This document shows positions 27,711-37,033 of a stretch of DNA of 64,000 bases, one piece after another. The number at the start of each line of letters is the position of its first letter. Within the stretch, counting starts at the first letter, position 1. The notes beneath the pieces were generated by a model. The model had not been told where the DNA came from. It saw only the letters and a list, made by a program, of their open reading frames with translations, and did no database searches. Source of the stretch: an uncultured virus (IMG/VR IMGVR_UViG_3300037488_003510) (taxonomy: Duplodnaviria > Heunggongvirae > Uroviricota > Caudoviricetes); the IMG/VR virus record IMGVR_UViG_3300037488_003510; one strand, 5' to 3'. Position numbers and translations under genes: made by a program.

Positions 27711-28853
27711 CTACCTTTCAGAAATGGTTGCCTTGAAGTTGTAGAGAGGTCGCACCGTCCGTTGGATCTCCACCGTGTCACCGATGGCATCTCGAATCGT
27801 TTGAGCCGGCTTGTAGGCATCCGGAGCCTCGTCCAACGTCTGCGGTCCCACACAGCTCGACCAGATACCTGTCATAGTCGCCCGGAAGTCCTCAACCCTC
27901 AGCGTCCGCTTGGCGGCGCCTCGCCCCATCACCCGGCCCGCGCCATGAGGAGCTGACTGATTCCAGTCCTTGTTTCCCTTGCCAATCCCAATCACAAGTC
28001 CATCTCGCATGTTCCACGGAATCACCACCCGTTCACCTTTACGAGCCGAAATGGCGCCCTTACGAATGATATTGTCACTGAAGCTAATGTAATTGTGAAC
28101 ACTCTCCACACATTCACATTTTGCTAACTGTCCCTGAGACAGTCTGAAAAAGTCCTCAGCGATGCTGCAAAGAATGAACCACCGATTGGCAGCTGCGTAC
28201 TGTTGGGCCACTCGCATGTGAGAACGGTAAGTATCTCCCTCAGCTCCTTCCAGCCATTCAAGCCCCTTTTGATCTCCTACTTGGTCAATGGCGACAGCTT
28301 GATGCCAGGATGCTATTTTCAACCCGAAGTTGCGAGAGCCCGTATGAACCGTCAACCACAAACAGTCATCCTCATCAGCCCCCAACTCGATAAAGTGATT
28401 GCCCCCTCCCAAGGTGCCCAGAGACAACATCACACGATCTGGCATCTGACGTGTTTGGTTTGCAACCCGTTCAACCAGTTGCGGGTGGAAGCCAACAATG
28501 TAAGGATAGTCATGGCGGTTGAGTTTGTCATGCACGGAAAAACCGCTCGGAATGTTCTCCCGGATGAACCGATCTAGATCGGGAAAATCCACCTTCCGAT
28601 GCCCGAGGTTGATACTCAGTACCCCACAGCTGATGTCGACACCCACAACATTGGGAACCACCCGATCTGTCAGTGTGGCAGTCAGCCCAATCACGGCGCC
28701 AGCTCCGTCGTGGACGCCAGGCATGATCTTGATGGTAGAGCCCTCAAACGCGGGGCTGTTCATCATGGTTTCAATTCGAGCGAGAGCCGAGGCTTCTACG
28801 TCATCGGTCATAATCTCGCAGTTTGCGTACTTCCCCTGCACTTTAATGGTCAT
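27711..28853 (-). CDS. rtcB: RtcB-family RNA 3'-phosphate/5'-OH ligase
   Basis: VGVDISCG, TLGGGNHFIEL, VHTGSRNFG, HNYI, RKGA, SAPHGAGR, LDEAPDAYK and NFKA motifs. Confidence 0.95.
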   Translation of the reverse strand: MTIKVQGKYANCEIMTDDVEASALARIETMMNSPAFEGSTIKIMPGVHDGAGAVIGLTATLTDRVVPNVVGVDISCGVLSINLGHRKVDFPDLDRFIRENIPSGFSVHDKLNRHDYPYIVGFHPQLVERVANQTRQMPDRVMLSLGTLGGGNHFIELGADEDDCLWLTVHTGSRNFGLKIASWHQAVAIDQVGDQKGLEWLEGAEGDTYRSHMRVAQQYAAANRWFILCSIAEDFFRLSQGQLAKCECVESVHNYISFSDNIIRKGAISARKGERVVIPWNMRDGLVIGIGKGNKDWNQSAPHGAGRVMGRGAAKRTLRVEDFRATMTGIWSSCVGPQTLDEAPDAYKPAQTIRDAIGDTVEIQRTVRPLYNFKATISER

Positions 28854-28870
28854 AAAAGTCTCCTAGATGC

Positions 28871-29452
28871 TCACTTGGGGCCAGCAACTAACGTCAAATC
28901 GGCCCGGTAGATCGAGTCCCCCTCCAGCCGGTGTAAATCGGCTTCTTCGAACGACTCGAAAAACCTCTGTCCTGCAACGGCTGTGATACTGCGATCTGTC
29001 GTGTAGAGGACAATCTTGACGGTCTCCGTTCCGACAGGCACATCCACTAGAGGCGACTTGTTTTCGACTGGGAGAACGCCAGCGACGCGATCTAGATAAA
29101 ACCGTCGCACATACTTCCCCACTATGCCATCCGAGGCTCGGCTCACCCAAACTTCATGTGAGCATGAGGACCACTCCTTCAGGTTGACATGACCCTTGTT
29201 ACGGGCGAGTCCAGTCATCCCGGTTTTATCCTCCACCTCGACATATACCTTGGCCGCTTCTTCAACCGTTAGAAGGTTAGATCGGAGGACAAATTGGCCT
29301 CCGCACCTCACAGAAGGAAAGCTGCTCACGAGGATATGTTCCGTAGGCTTCGTTGCTTTCCAAGCGAACGAGTTGACATACCCCCTCTCGCCGTTTGTCG
29401 TGTTGACAACTTCAAGTCGTTCAAAATCAGTTTCGCCGATGCCAGATTCCAT
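28871..29452 (-). CDS. Hypothetical protein
   Basis: 193-aa ORF downstream of a predicted promoter. Confidence 0.55.
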   Translation of the reverse strand: MESGIGETDFERLEVVNTTNGERGYVNSFAWKATKPTEHILVSSFPSVRCGGQFVLRSNLLTVEEAAKVYVEVEDKTGMTGLARNKGHVNLKEWSSCSHEVWVSRASDGIVGKYVRRFYLDRVAGVLPVENKSPLVDVPVGTETVKIVLYTTDRSITAVAGQRFFESFEEADLHRLEGDSIYRADLTLVAGPK

Positions 29453-29531
29453 GTCTTACCTCACTCCTGTTGCTTGGTTGGTCGAGTGATGGGAAGTAGA
29501 CATTTGGGTCTCCTGTTCGATGGATTTGGCA

Positions 29532-29572
29532 AATCTACTCTCCTCAAAACGAGGCGTCAAGTTTATTTTTTC
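29532..29572 (-). promoter_or_regulatory. Predicted sigma70-type promoter
   Basis: TTGACG-N17-TAGATT with an A-rich UP-like tract upstream, in an intergenic gap. Confidence 0.65.
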
Positions 29573-29583
29573 ACCCTTGAAAA

Positions 29584-30123
29584 TCAAGACTTGCGAAGAC
29601 GAAAAACCCTTAGAAGTCGCGAGATTATCTCCTTGGAACGAGCTGTCAAAAGTTCCTCGTTCTTGGGAGGTTTGCCGGACAAAACCGCTAAAAAACCCAG
29701 CACCTGGGCCGAATACACCGGGTTCCCAGGGTTGTAATGCGAGATAAAGTGATGTCCGGTGTGGTTCCTCGCGCACCACCGCTGCCACGTTGCCATTTTC
29801 TGTGCTGCCTTGCGATAAAGCGCACTCGGCGACCATTTCTCTCGGTCAAACACCCCGATGATTCGCACCCCCATCGGACAAGCATCCACCCCAATCTGCT
29901 TTTTCGCCCTCCCGGTGCCAAGCCAGATCGGCGCCCCCACGCCTTCCCTCAGATCGCACTCGTGCATCTGTACCGCCAAAATCAGCTTCGGATCTATGTC
30001 CTCAGCTTCCGCTGCTTGCAGGATGCCCTCGGCAGTCTGCAAACAGGCTTCGTCCGTCAATGGGGGTCGCCCGTAAATCGAAGCCACTAGGCATATGGTT
30101 GCTGCCAATGATGCAAGGGTCAT
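29584..30123 (-). CDS. Exported lysozyme-fold / SLT-like protein
   Basis: Signal-like N-terminus, DIDPKLILAVQMHE (catalytic Glu position), and HYNPG..YSAQVL. Confidence 0.55.
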   Translation of the reverse strand: MTLASLAATICLVASIYGRPPLTDEACLQTAEGILQAAEAEDIDPKLILAVQMHECDLREGVGAPIWLGTGRAKKQIGVDACPMGVRIIGVFDREKWSPSALYRKAAQKMATWQRWCARNHTGHHFISHYNPGNPVYSAQVLGFLAVLSGKPPKNEELLTARSKEIISRLLRVFRLRKS

Positions 30124-30525
30124 TTACTTCTGCCCCTTAGACGACCTGGACATAGACTTCGAGGCTTCCTTCGTGACTGAGTCAAGTTCAGCGGCTGCAA
30201 TAGCCGATCCTCCTGGCGCAATCTGTAATGTCTCTGCTTTCAACAATCCCACACTCCGCAGCTCTTCCTTAGCCCATGCAAGGCAGACTTTCTCAGATCT
30301 GCCCTGCTGTGCGAATTCCGCCTTTTCCGCTCCACAGCTGCACCGATGTAAACAAAGATGGATTGTTTTTTTGCGCCGTATGGGCTCAAAAAGCCTCGAA
30401 TAGCTAACCCACGATTCCTCATACGGAGAGCTAGCCACCCTCTCCCATTGATGTCGGTGCCAAAGCCTTTTCCAAAGTTCACACAAGACGCTGATGAAAG
30501 AATTGTTCTTGGATGTAATGGTCAT
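30124..30525 (-). CDS. Hypothetical protein
   Basis: HRHQW..RCSCG motif. Confidence 0.5.
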   Translation of the reverse strand: MTITSKNNSFISVLCELWKRLWHRHQWERVASSPYEESWVSYSRLFEPIRRKKTIHLCLHRCSCGAEKAEFAQQGRSEKVCLAWAKEELRSVGLLKAETLQIAPGGSAIAAAELDSVTKEASKSMSRSSKGQK

Positions 30526-30708
30526 CGTTTTCCTTTCACTTACAATAAGTCGAACTGCTTAGTAGCCCAGAGAGACAGAGATCGCAGGAAAAACTGACTT
30601 CTCCGATGAAGACATGTTAGAAATGGCGATAGTCAGTAGCCTCAACAATTCAGTTGCGGAAATGACCGTGGGAAACCTAAGCATTCCTCCTATAGCCTCT
30701 ATCCATAC

Positions 30709-30999
30709 CTATCCGGTTGACACCCTTTTCAACCATTGTTCACACTTTTCCTTTCCCTCATCAATGGTCGCCGCGTAGTCGAACCATTCAGCTTCCATGG
30801 TCAAATGACCCATTTTGAACCACGCATCACATCGATATAGGGCACCTTGCGGAGCATCTGTATATACGTGATTTCGTTGCCAATTGTCGATAGGACACAC
30901 TTCTCCACCAGTTCCATACAACGATGCTGAACCAATCAAGTGATCGGGTTCTGTGCGTCCTCTTAAACCAACGCGATTAAAACTTCGTCTCCATTGCAT
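30709..30999 (-). CDS. Hypothetical protein
   Basis: C-terminal TIDEGKEKCEQW pattern common in phage small proteins. Confidence 0.5.
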   Translation of the reverse strand: MQWRRSFNRVGLRGRTEPDHLIGSASLYGTGGEVCPIDNWQRNHVYTDAPQGALYRCDAWFKMGHLTMEAEWFDYAATIDEGKEKCEQWLKRVSTG

Positions 31000-31033
31000 T
31001 TTTTCAAAAAAACCCTCATCGGCTTAATGGAGT

Positions 31034-31053
31034 GTGTGAACCGGATAAGCATG
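31034..31053 (-). promoter_or_regulatory. Repeated intergenic 20-mer, copy 3
   Basis: Identical to 17421..17440. Confidence 0.7.
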
Positions 31054-31163
31054 CCTCTATCCAATCTGAACGACTGGATAATGACAACTTCCCGGGTCCT
31101 CCTCAGCAAATCATGTCACTCTCTCGGCATGCTCTTTCTCTTTCACCTACAGACATGGTTCTC

Positions 31164-31382
31164 CTACCGATGATAGCTAAGACCGTTCTCTTCTACACAG
31201 AAATCGGCGGGTGCTAGACCTTGTGCTGTTTTTACCATTGGTCTTTTGCACCCATGCTGTTCGACTCTTTCAAAAAAAGCGTCCTCCTGGCATTTACCTG
31301 CGACTGTGAGCCGGACCAGGCTCATTAGTAAAACTCCCACCATTACCCCAATTGAGAATACTGCGACTAACTTTGACGTCAT
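31164..31382 (-). CDS. Small membrane-anchored protein
   Basis: N-terminal TM helix, ATGA-type overlap. Confidence 0.5.
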   Translation of the reverse strand: MTSKLVAVFSIGVMVGVLLMSLVRLTVAGKCQEDAFFERVEQHGCKRPMVKTAQGLAPADFCVEENGLSYHR

Positions 31383-32662
31383 AGAATACCCTTTCGCTTG
31401 GAAAAACCTTTCAGCATGAGTTTCAGTGGTTCATTCTTCGGGAAAGCTACTATCGCTTGCTGACACATGTCGATAGCCTCGCCCCATTTTCCCAGCTTTC
31501 CAAGACACGTTGCCGCTAGGATCTTGCTGGCGTCCTCGTACACGGTGCCATTGTCCAGCAGCTGCAAGGTCGCCTTGTTCGCTACGCCTTGATGGTACGC
31601 AACCACCGACTCTTCCCAGCGTCCGAGCTGAAACAAGGTCCGACATAGGCGGAAGGCTGACTTGGCCCCTGGGTGCTCAGCCAGCGAGCTCTGGTACCAT
31701 CCTACGGCCTGTGCATGGTCTCCGGCCGCCTCATGCACCTCACCCCCCATGGCGCACGCCCAGGCGCGCTCCTCGGGCCAGGTCGAGCGCCGTAGGTACA
31801 AGTCTAGAATCTTGAGAGCGAAATCAGGCATCGCTCGCCGGCACTCCATCATCATGTACACCAGATTCCTAGGTGACACTCGCCACTCGTTCACCCGAGC
31901 ATGATGATACAAAATCTTGAAGCACCGACCAGGAACTCGAATTCCCTCTCCCGTGCTGTCCTTCAAATCACGAACCACCAAACTACCGTCGATATGAGCC
32001 GTTCTTTGCGAGCCAGATAAATGCTCATGGGTGATTCCTGCCCATTCAATGTGGGACACGTTCTTAACTAGACGCTCTCGATAGCTGTCACCTTGGGACT
32101 TTCCGTCGGGGGAGAAATTGTACTGATACTTCGAGCAACCCATCTCTGTATCGTTGGCTTCAAGCGCTAGACATAACCCCGGAATCGACTCAGGATCTAC
32201 GACCACGTCGTCAGCGTCAAGAAATAGCCTCCACTCCTGAACACACCTCCTCCAGCCTAGATTCCGAATACCAGACCAGTCAGCGAGAAGGGGCTTCTCT
32301 GTGAACGGACCCTCAAATTTCTCATCGGCCAGAGGAACACCTTCCTCATAGGTTTCCGGTACGTCTAGGATGTAGAATTCAGGATTCGAGTTAGCCGAAA
32401 CACGATGAATGGTTAGACTTAAGCCATGTTCTCTTGACTTGCTGGACAGCACGTCTGCCGTATTGTCGGTCGTGTCGTTGACTACAGCCACAACCTCATG
32501 GATATACGGACCTACATTGTCGAGAAGTCGCCCAACGCAGCTCTCCCCATTTTTCACCAACAGGTGCAATGATACAGTGGGAATCCTTTGTCCCTTCAAG
32601 TCTTCAGGTCGGAGGATGGTTGTTTCGAGAGAATGAATTTGAGGCTTTAAGACATCGGACAT
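31379..32662 (-). CDS. Glycosyltransferase family 2 with C-terminal TPR repeats
   Basis: TVSLHLLVKNGE, DWSGIRN, WRLFLDADD, RERLVKN and WAGITHE motifs, then TPR helices. Confidence 0.88.
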   Translation of the reverse strand: MSDVLKPQIHSLETTILRPEDLKGQRIPTVSLHLLVKNGESCVGRLLDNVGPYIHEVVAVVNDTTDNTADVLSSKSREHGLSLTIHRVSANSNPEFYILDVPETYEEGVPLADEKFEGPFTEKPLLADWSGIRNLGWRRCVQEWRLFLDADDVVVDPESIPGLCLALEANDTEMGCSKYQYNFSPDGKSQGDSYRERLVKNVSHIEWAGITHEHLSGSQRTAHIDGSLVVRDLKDSTGEGIRVPGRCFKILYHHARVNEWRVSPRNLVYMMMECRRAMPDFALKILDLYLRRSTWPEERAWACAMGGEVHEAAGDHAQAVGWYQSSLAEHPGAKSAFRLCRTLFQLGRWEESVVAYHQGVANKATLQLLDNGTVYEDASKILAATCLGKLGKWGEAIDMCQQAIVAFPKNEPLKLMLKGFSKRKGIL

Positions 32663-32674
32663 TTGCGTCTTTCC

Positions 32675-33136
32675 TTACGGCAGAGTTTCACAAAGAGTTA
32701 CGCCTAGGTACAGGGGTTCGTTGAGGGAGGACTCCACGTTGGCCTCTCGCTTCCAGTTTTCGTCACACAAGGTGAGTCTAGGGCAGCTGATATCCAACGA
32801 CCATTTGAAAGGTGTTAAGGCGCCTCCTATCTGAGCCGAGTGTGAGATATCAACGACAGATCGATGTGAATGTCGAACTGCTCCCCCACGCTCGCCTGGA
32901 TGGCCTACTCGAAGGTAGTACATGTCTAAGCCATCCAACTTGCGATAGCCAGGAGGACAGTAATCTTTGAGAGTCAACACAACCAAACCGTCGGCTAAGA
33001 GAGAAGTGGCTCTCTTTGGAGCAGAATGAGCGTAACTCCCAGCCAAAACCAAGAGACCAATAATACTGCCAAGACAGCAAACAGCAAAAAAAGCAGTAAG
33101 AATTGGCGAGGCTAGAAACGACTTGAATTTTGTCAT
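32675..33136 (-). CDS. Membrane-anchored protein with tail-collar-like motif
   Basis: N-terminal TM helix. CPPGY..YYLRVG..GGAVRHSH..PLYLGV resembles the phage tail collar pattern. Confidence 0.45.
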   Translation of the reverse strand: MTKFKSFLASPILTAFFAVCCLGSIIGLLVLAGSYAHSAPKRATSLLADGLVVLTLKDYCPPGYRKLDGLDMYYLRVGHPGERGGAVRHSHRSVVDISHSAQIGGALTPFKWSLDISCPRLTLCDENWKREANVESSLNEPLYLGVTLCETLP

Positions 33137-33408
33137 TTTACCACCACGTTGTTCAAAATCGAAGATCGCCGCTTGAGACGAGTTGCTCCCCTGAAGTCTA
33201 CAGTGACCACGCACTCTTCCTTACTCCTGGAGGTGTAACACTCCAAAGTCAGAGGATCGAGAAGACCTATCTGTGCTACTAAAATCTCCAGGTAATCGGA
33301 CTCCACATGGTAGGTGCGATCCTTGTGAAACGGTCCCCACGAGAAAGGCCACGGGGCAGAAGGTACCTTGATGACTACTGAGAAGTTCGAGAAATTATGA
33401 GAACTCAC
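33133..33408 (-). CDS. Hypothetical protein
   Basis: Coupled ORF. Confidence 0.45.
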   Translation of the reverse strand: MSSHNFSNFSVVIKVPSAPWPFSWGPFHKDRTYHVESDYLEILVAQIGLLDPLTLECYTSRSKEECVVTVDFRGATRLKRRSSILNNVVVK

Positions 33409-33417
33409 CGTGTCTCC

Positions 33418-33609
33418 TTAACTCAAATATGGGATGCTAGTCCAACTAGGACGACGAATCGTTATGAATACCTTCCTACCACACGCAGGACAAACATAAC
33501 AATGCACTCCAGGTTCAAGTACAATGTGAGCTGGGGGCTCATGTTCCGGATGAAGACATCTAGCAATCATCTTGTCAGCGCGATCTGTTGGCATGGGCAC
33601 AAATGGCAT
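33418..33609 (-). CDS. Small Zn-ribbon protein
   Basis: CLHPEHEPP..CPACG. Confidence 0.6.
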   Translation of the reverse strand: MPFVPMPTDRADKMIARCLHPEHEPPAHIVLEPGVHCYVCPACGRKVFITIRRPSWTSIPYLS

Positions 33610-33612
33610 TGT

Positions 33613-34599
33613 CTATTCCCTTCTTTCCCTCGCGTGATGATTACATAGCTCCAAAGAAGCTCTCTTCTCCTCTAGCTGACTGGCAAGACGACGGTTCGCG
33701 TCTCTGAGCACAGAAACTTCGTTGGCATGGTCCTCTTTACCTTTCAATGCCTCCTCCAGATGTTTGGCAAGTCGACCATTCGCAGTTAGCTCGTCTGCCC
33801 ACTTTGAATCAAGTTCGGCAATTCTCAAGCGGTGTTGCTCAACCGTCTCGCGCAACCACCTTACGCGAGCAATCGCATCGTCAGGGTGCCAAGGAAGCCT
33901 ATTGTCAACCCGAAGCTCAGTCACGATCTTAAGGAACCGATCGGTCTCGGTCTCTAACCCCTTTCTCAGTTCATTGACAAGCTCTTCTTTCCCTTTCAAC
34001 TTCTCCTTCAACCGACTAATATCGTGCTCGGCTTCGCCTAGTTTGATTTCCAGAAGACGAGTCGGCGATCTGTTGTTGGACAAATCACTGGCGATCTCCT
34101 TCCCTCGCCGCGCAAATTCATCCTTCTGATCACCATCGGCTTGTGGGTCAGTCCTAAGTGGCGTAGCGCTGCTTGTCGACTGATTGGCCAATCGCCACCA
34201 AGTCTTGTTCTCATCATCTAGACAAAACAATTTAGGAGAGCCGATAACCTCAAAAGCCGGTATTCCACCTGTATGAGTTGACAGGTGAGAGCACACATGA
34301 GCCATCCAGAAGCGATCTTCGTGTCGAACGAACACCACGTCCCTCACTGCGGGCAATCCTCTGGAACTGGAGATCGGAGCGCTCACTTCGGCTAGCTCTG
34401 CTCGAACCTTAGCTAGTTCCTTGGCCAAAAACCTGTTGTCTCCCTCGACAGTTAGCAGTTGAACAGCCTCACTCTCGGCCTCGCTCAACCGCTTCTCCAG
34501 TTTAGAGACCTCCGACTCATTTCGTTTCGCTCTTGCAGTCAGATCTCTGAGCGACTCGATCATCTCCTCAATTACTTCTATATCACGGCTTAGCAACAT
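33613..34599 (-). CDS. Coiled-coil protein
   Basis: Extensive heptad-like E/K/L-rich segments around a small beta domain. Confidence 0.65.
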   Translation of the reverse strand: MLLSRDIEVIEEMIESLRDLTARAKRNESEVSKLEKRLSEAESEAVQLLTVEGDNRFLAKELAKVRAELAEVSAPISSSRGLPAVRDVVFVRHEDRFWMAHVCSHLSTHTGGIPAFEVIGSPKLFCLDDENKTWWRLANQSTSSATPLRTDPQADGDQKDEFARRGKEIASDLSNNRSPTRLLEIKLGEAEHDISRLKEKLKGKEELVNELRKGLETETDRFLKIVTELRVDNRLPWHPDDAIARVRWLRETVEQHRLRIAELDSKWADELTANGRLAKHLEEALKGKEDHANEVSVLRDANRRLASQLEEKRASLELCNHHARERRE

Positions 34600-34666
34600 A
34601 TTCTTTCCCTTTCAATGGTCCATTTCAGAGGAAACCGATAACTACCTCGCGACACTCGATGACATG

Positions 34667-34882
34667 CTAGCTAACACGTCGCCAGCCACCAATGCATTCC
34701 TTGTTCTCGTGTTCTGGCAACAAGGTTTTCTTATCATCCGTAATGGCAACAAGCTCGTAACGCAACACCTCGTTGTGAAAATAGCCACGTCCAATTGGCC
34801 CCCAGATCAAAACAAACTCATTTAGCTTAGGTAGACGATCTGACCATCGTTCGGAACTTGAATCTAGTTGCCCCCCTAGCAA
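34667..34882 (-). CDS. Small protein sharing a domain with 25195..25944
   Basis: RLPKLNEFVLIW..ENKECIGGWRR. Confidence 0.5.
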   Translation of the reverse strand: MLGGQLDSSSERWSDRLPKLNEFVLIWGPIGRGYFHNEVLRYELVAITDDKKTLLPEHENKECIGGWRRVS

Positions 34883-34973
34883 TCCTTTCTAACACCAATG
34901 CCAGTCGTCGAATCCAACTGGCTAACACGTAAACACACCATTCTCTCATTCTCATCATCACTCACCCTTTCGC

Positions 34974-36167
34974 CTAACGCTCTGTCTTCAACGGTCTCGC
35001 CGGTCGCACAAATCCAGTTTTTGGATCGCTTTTAGACTCGGCAATCTCAGAAAACTCAGCATCTATCACATCCTCACCTGGCTTGAAGGACAAGTCGTCA
35101 GGCCAATCGTTTTCGTCTTCCGGTTCGCTGTTGTCATCGTCGTCAAGTTCGCTGTTATCATCTCCGTCCGGAGACGATCCATCGGTCGGCTCCTCGGCCC
35201 CCTCATGAACTTCTGGCTCATCATCACTGTCCTTTGAGGAGGAGGTCTCAGTTGCAGTGGAAACTCCTGCCTCCGCTGCCTGCTGCGCTGCCAACTCCTG
35301 GACATTAGCTTCAAAGTCCAACAGTCGCTTAGAGACCTTACGTTCATCGTCATCCATCGATTTCCGTAGGTACTCATCCATGGATGTATCGAGTCCTATA
35401 ACATTGGCTCGAATAGCACGTTGTTGTTCAATGTGCCTCACTGCACCTTCTCGCATGTAGACGGAAATTTCCTCGGTAGCAATGGGCTCCGAACAGTGCT
35501 TGAATAGCCGCAGCTTCCACACGTCCTCCAACGCCTTGTAGAAACCCGCCATAGGACCCACATGACGGCTCACCGGCCACGGCCTCCAGAGCAGCTCCTT
35601 GGGACCAATCACACTGCCAGGTAGCATCATCCAGGCGTTAGCCAGCATCACGGTGGTCAACTTGCCTCGGGGTGTGTAGGCCGTATAGAGAGGCTCCAAG
35701 AACATCGGCCAGCTAGTCACCTTGGCATGCGCCAAGGCCGTTACGGATGACTTCAAGACATCGTCGTCTTGCAAAACAGAACCTGGCAAGTTCAAATGGC
35801 CATCTGATTGCTTCACGAACAAGAACTCGTAGGAATTGACCAATACCGGATCGGCCTTCTTGAAAGTCACCTCCCCTTGCCCCTTGACAGCTGACATAGC
35901 CCTGCGTGCGACTACCACCCGCACCTGAGATGTCTTGCTCACATCATCGTCCGCAAACCCTGGAGGAACCTCCCCTGGGCTTGAGCGCCACAGATGGTGA
36001 CATGTCACCGCGCAAGACTCACAGATGCCCGATATGACAGAATCGTTTGGTCGTTCTGACGAACGGACTAGCACAGGCCGATCAGGTTGTTGACAAAGCA
36101 GACATGTAGATCTGTCGCCCGAAATGAACTCGTATGGAAACGGAGGAATCACACCACTGTTTGACAT
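34974..36167 (-). CDS. C4 Zn-finger plus degenerate Nudix-like domain, acidic tail
   Basis: CLLC..CESC, then FLFVKQSDGHLNLPGS (pre-Nudix-box pattern without the REE motif), and a D/E-rich C-terminus. Confidence 0.5.
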   Translation of the reverse strand: MSNSGVIPPFPYEFISGDRSTCLLCQQPDRPVLVRSSERPNDSVISGICESCAVTCHHLWRSSPGEVPPGFADDDVSKTSQVRVVVARRAMSAVKGQGEVTFKKADPVLVNSYEFLFVKQSDGHLNLPGSVLQDDDVLKSSVTALAHAKVTSWPMFLEPLYTAYTPRGKLTTVMLANAWMMLPGSVIGPKELLWRPWPVSRHVGPMAGFYKALEDVWKLRLFKHCSEPIATEEISVYMREGAVRHIEQQRAIRANVIGLDTSMDEYLRKSMDDDERKVSKRLLDFEANVQELAAQQAAEAGVSTATETSSSKDSDDEPEVHEGAEEPTDGSSPDGDDNSELDDDDNSEPEDENDWPDDLSFKPGEDVIDAEFSEIAESKSDPKTGFVRPARPLKTER

Positions 36168-36188
36168 GGCTCGTTCGCTTTCTTTGAA

Positions 36189-36590
36189 CTACAGTCGTCC
36201 CTCATTGTGTTTGTATGAACGATATGCTCTGTCGACGTCCTCCACGACCTGAGCGCAGCAGAACCTGCCCCGTCCTGGAGGGAGATTGTCATCGCATTGT
36301 CTCATGAAAACAACAAACTCTTGCACATCATTCGGATCTAAGAGAACCTTCACGCGCTTGGGTTGTGGGGGGCCGGTGAGAATGCTTGTGAGGCGATACA
36401 CCTTTCCCAAGGCAGGATCTCCCCGACTCTCGATATTGAATCCGAGTCGTTTCAGCTCAAGAAGTCGAGCCCCGTATCGAACTCCAGCTACACGCGCTAA
36501 CTCAGCATTGTCATGCCAAGACAGATCACTCAGCCGGTCAAGCAGCTTGTTCCGAGCGTTCTTGAAAACCGCAGCAAAATCAGTAGACAT
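36189..36590 (-). CDS. Winged-HTH DNA-binding protein
   Basis: WHDNAELARVAGVRYGARLLELKRLGFNIES..YRL. Confidence 0.7.
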   Translation of the reverse strand: MSTDFAAVFKNARNKLLDRLSDLSWHDNAELARVAGVRYGARLLELKRLGFNIESRGDPALGKVYRLTSILTGPPQPKRVKVLLDPNDVQEFVVFMRQCDDNLPPGRGRFCCAQVVEDVDRAYRSYKHNEGRL

Positions 36591-36592
36591 GA

Positions 36593-36991
36593 CTACTCTA
36601 GATCTCCTCGTCGGCCAGATGGCGAACGGCGCTCACGCTGACGACCTTTGTTCCACTTGTTGCCGGACTCCTTACGGTAGTCTCCCCTTGGCTCGTCCTT
36701 GAAACCGAAATCCCCTTGCTTGCCACGCTCCTGAGAATGCTCGGAGCGTCGGGCCTCATTCACAAAGAGAACGCGGCCATCCAGCTGATACCCATTCAGC
36801 ACTTCAATGGCATGCTTGGCATCACCATCACCCTCAAACTCAACAAATGCGAAACCCCGAGACTGGCCAGTGTCTCTATTCAGAACTACCTTCACCGAGC
36901 GGTGTCCTAGATCTAGGTCGCTCAGAATCACACCTAGGTCATCCTCGGTTACGGACCATGGCAAATTGCCTACAAACACTTTGTTCGACAT
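36593..36991 (-). CDS. RRM (RNP-1) RNA-binding protein
   Basis: KVFVGNLPW (RNP2) and RGFAFVEF (RNP1), with LNGYQLDGRVLFVNEA. Confidence 0.95.
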   Translation of the reverse strand: MSNKVFVGNLPWSVTEDDLGVILSDLDLGHRSVKVVLNRDTGQSRGFAFVEFEGDGDAKHAIEVLNGYQLDGRVLFVNEARRSEHSQERGKQGDFGFKDEPRGDYRKESGNKWNKGRQRERRSPSGRRGDLE

Positions 36992-37033
36992 GTAACAGTT
37001 TCCTTCTTGTGGTTGAGTTCGTTGTTTCGAAAT

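Noticed and set aside
11420..31160. Stop-codon reassignment, suggested by short ORFs interrupted by TGA near 11.46 kb and 31.1 kb
   Set aside because: Conserved enzymes are full length under the standard code and end in TGA, TAG or TAA with normal coupling.
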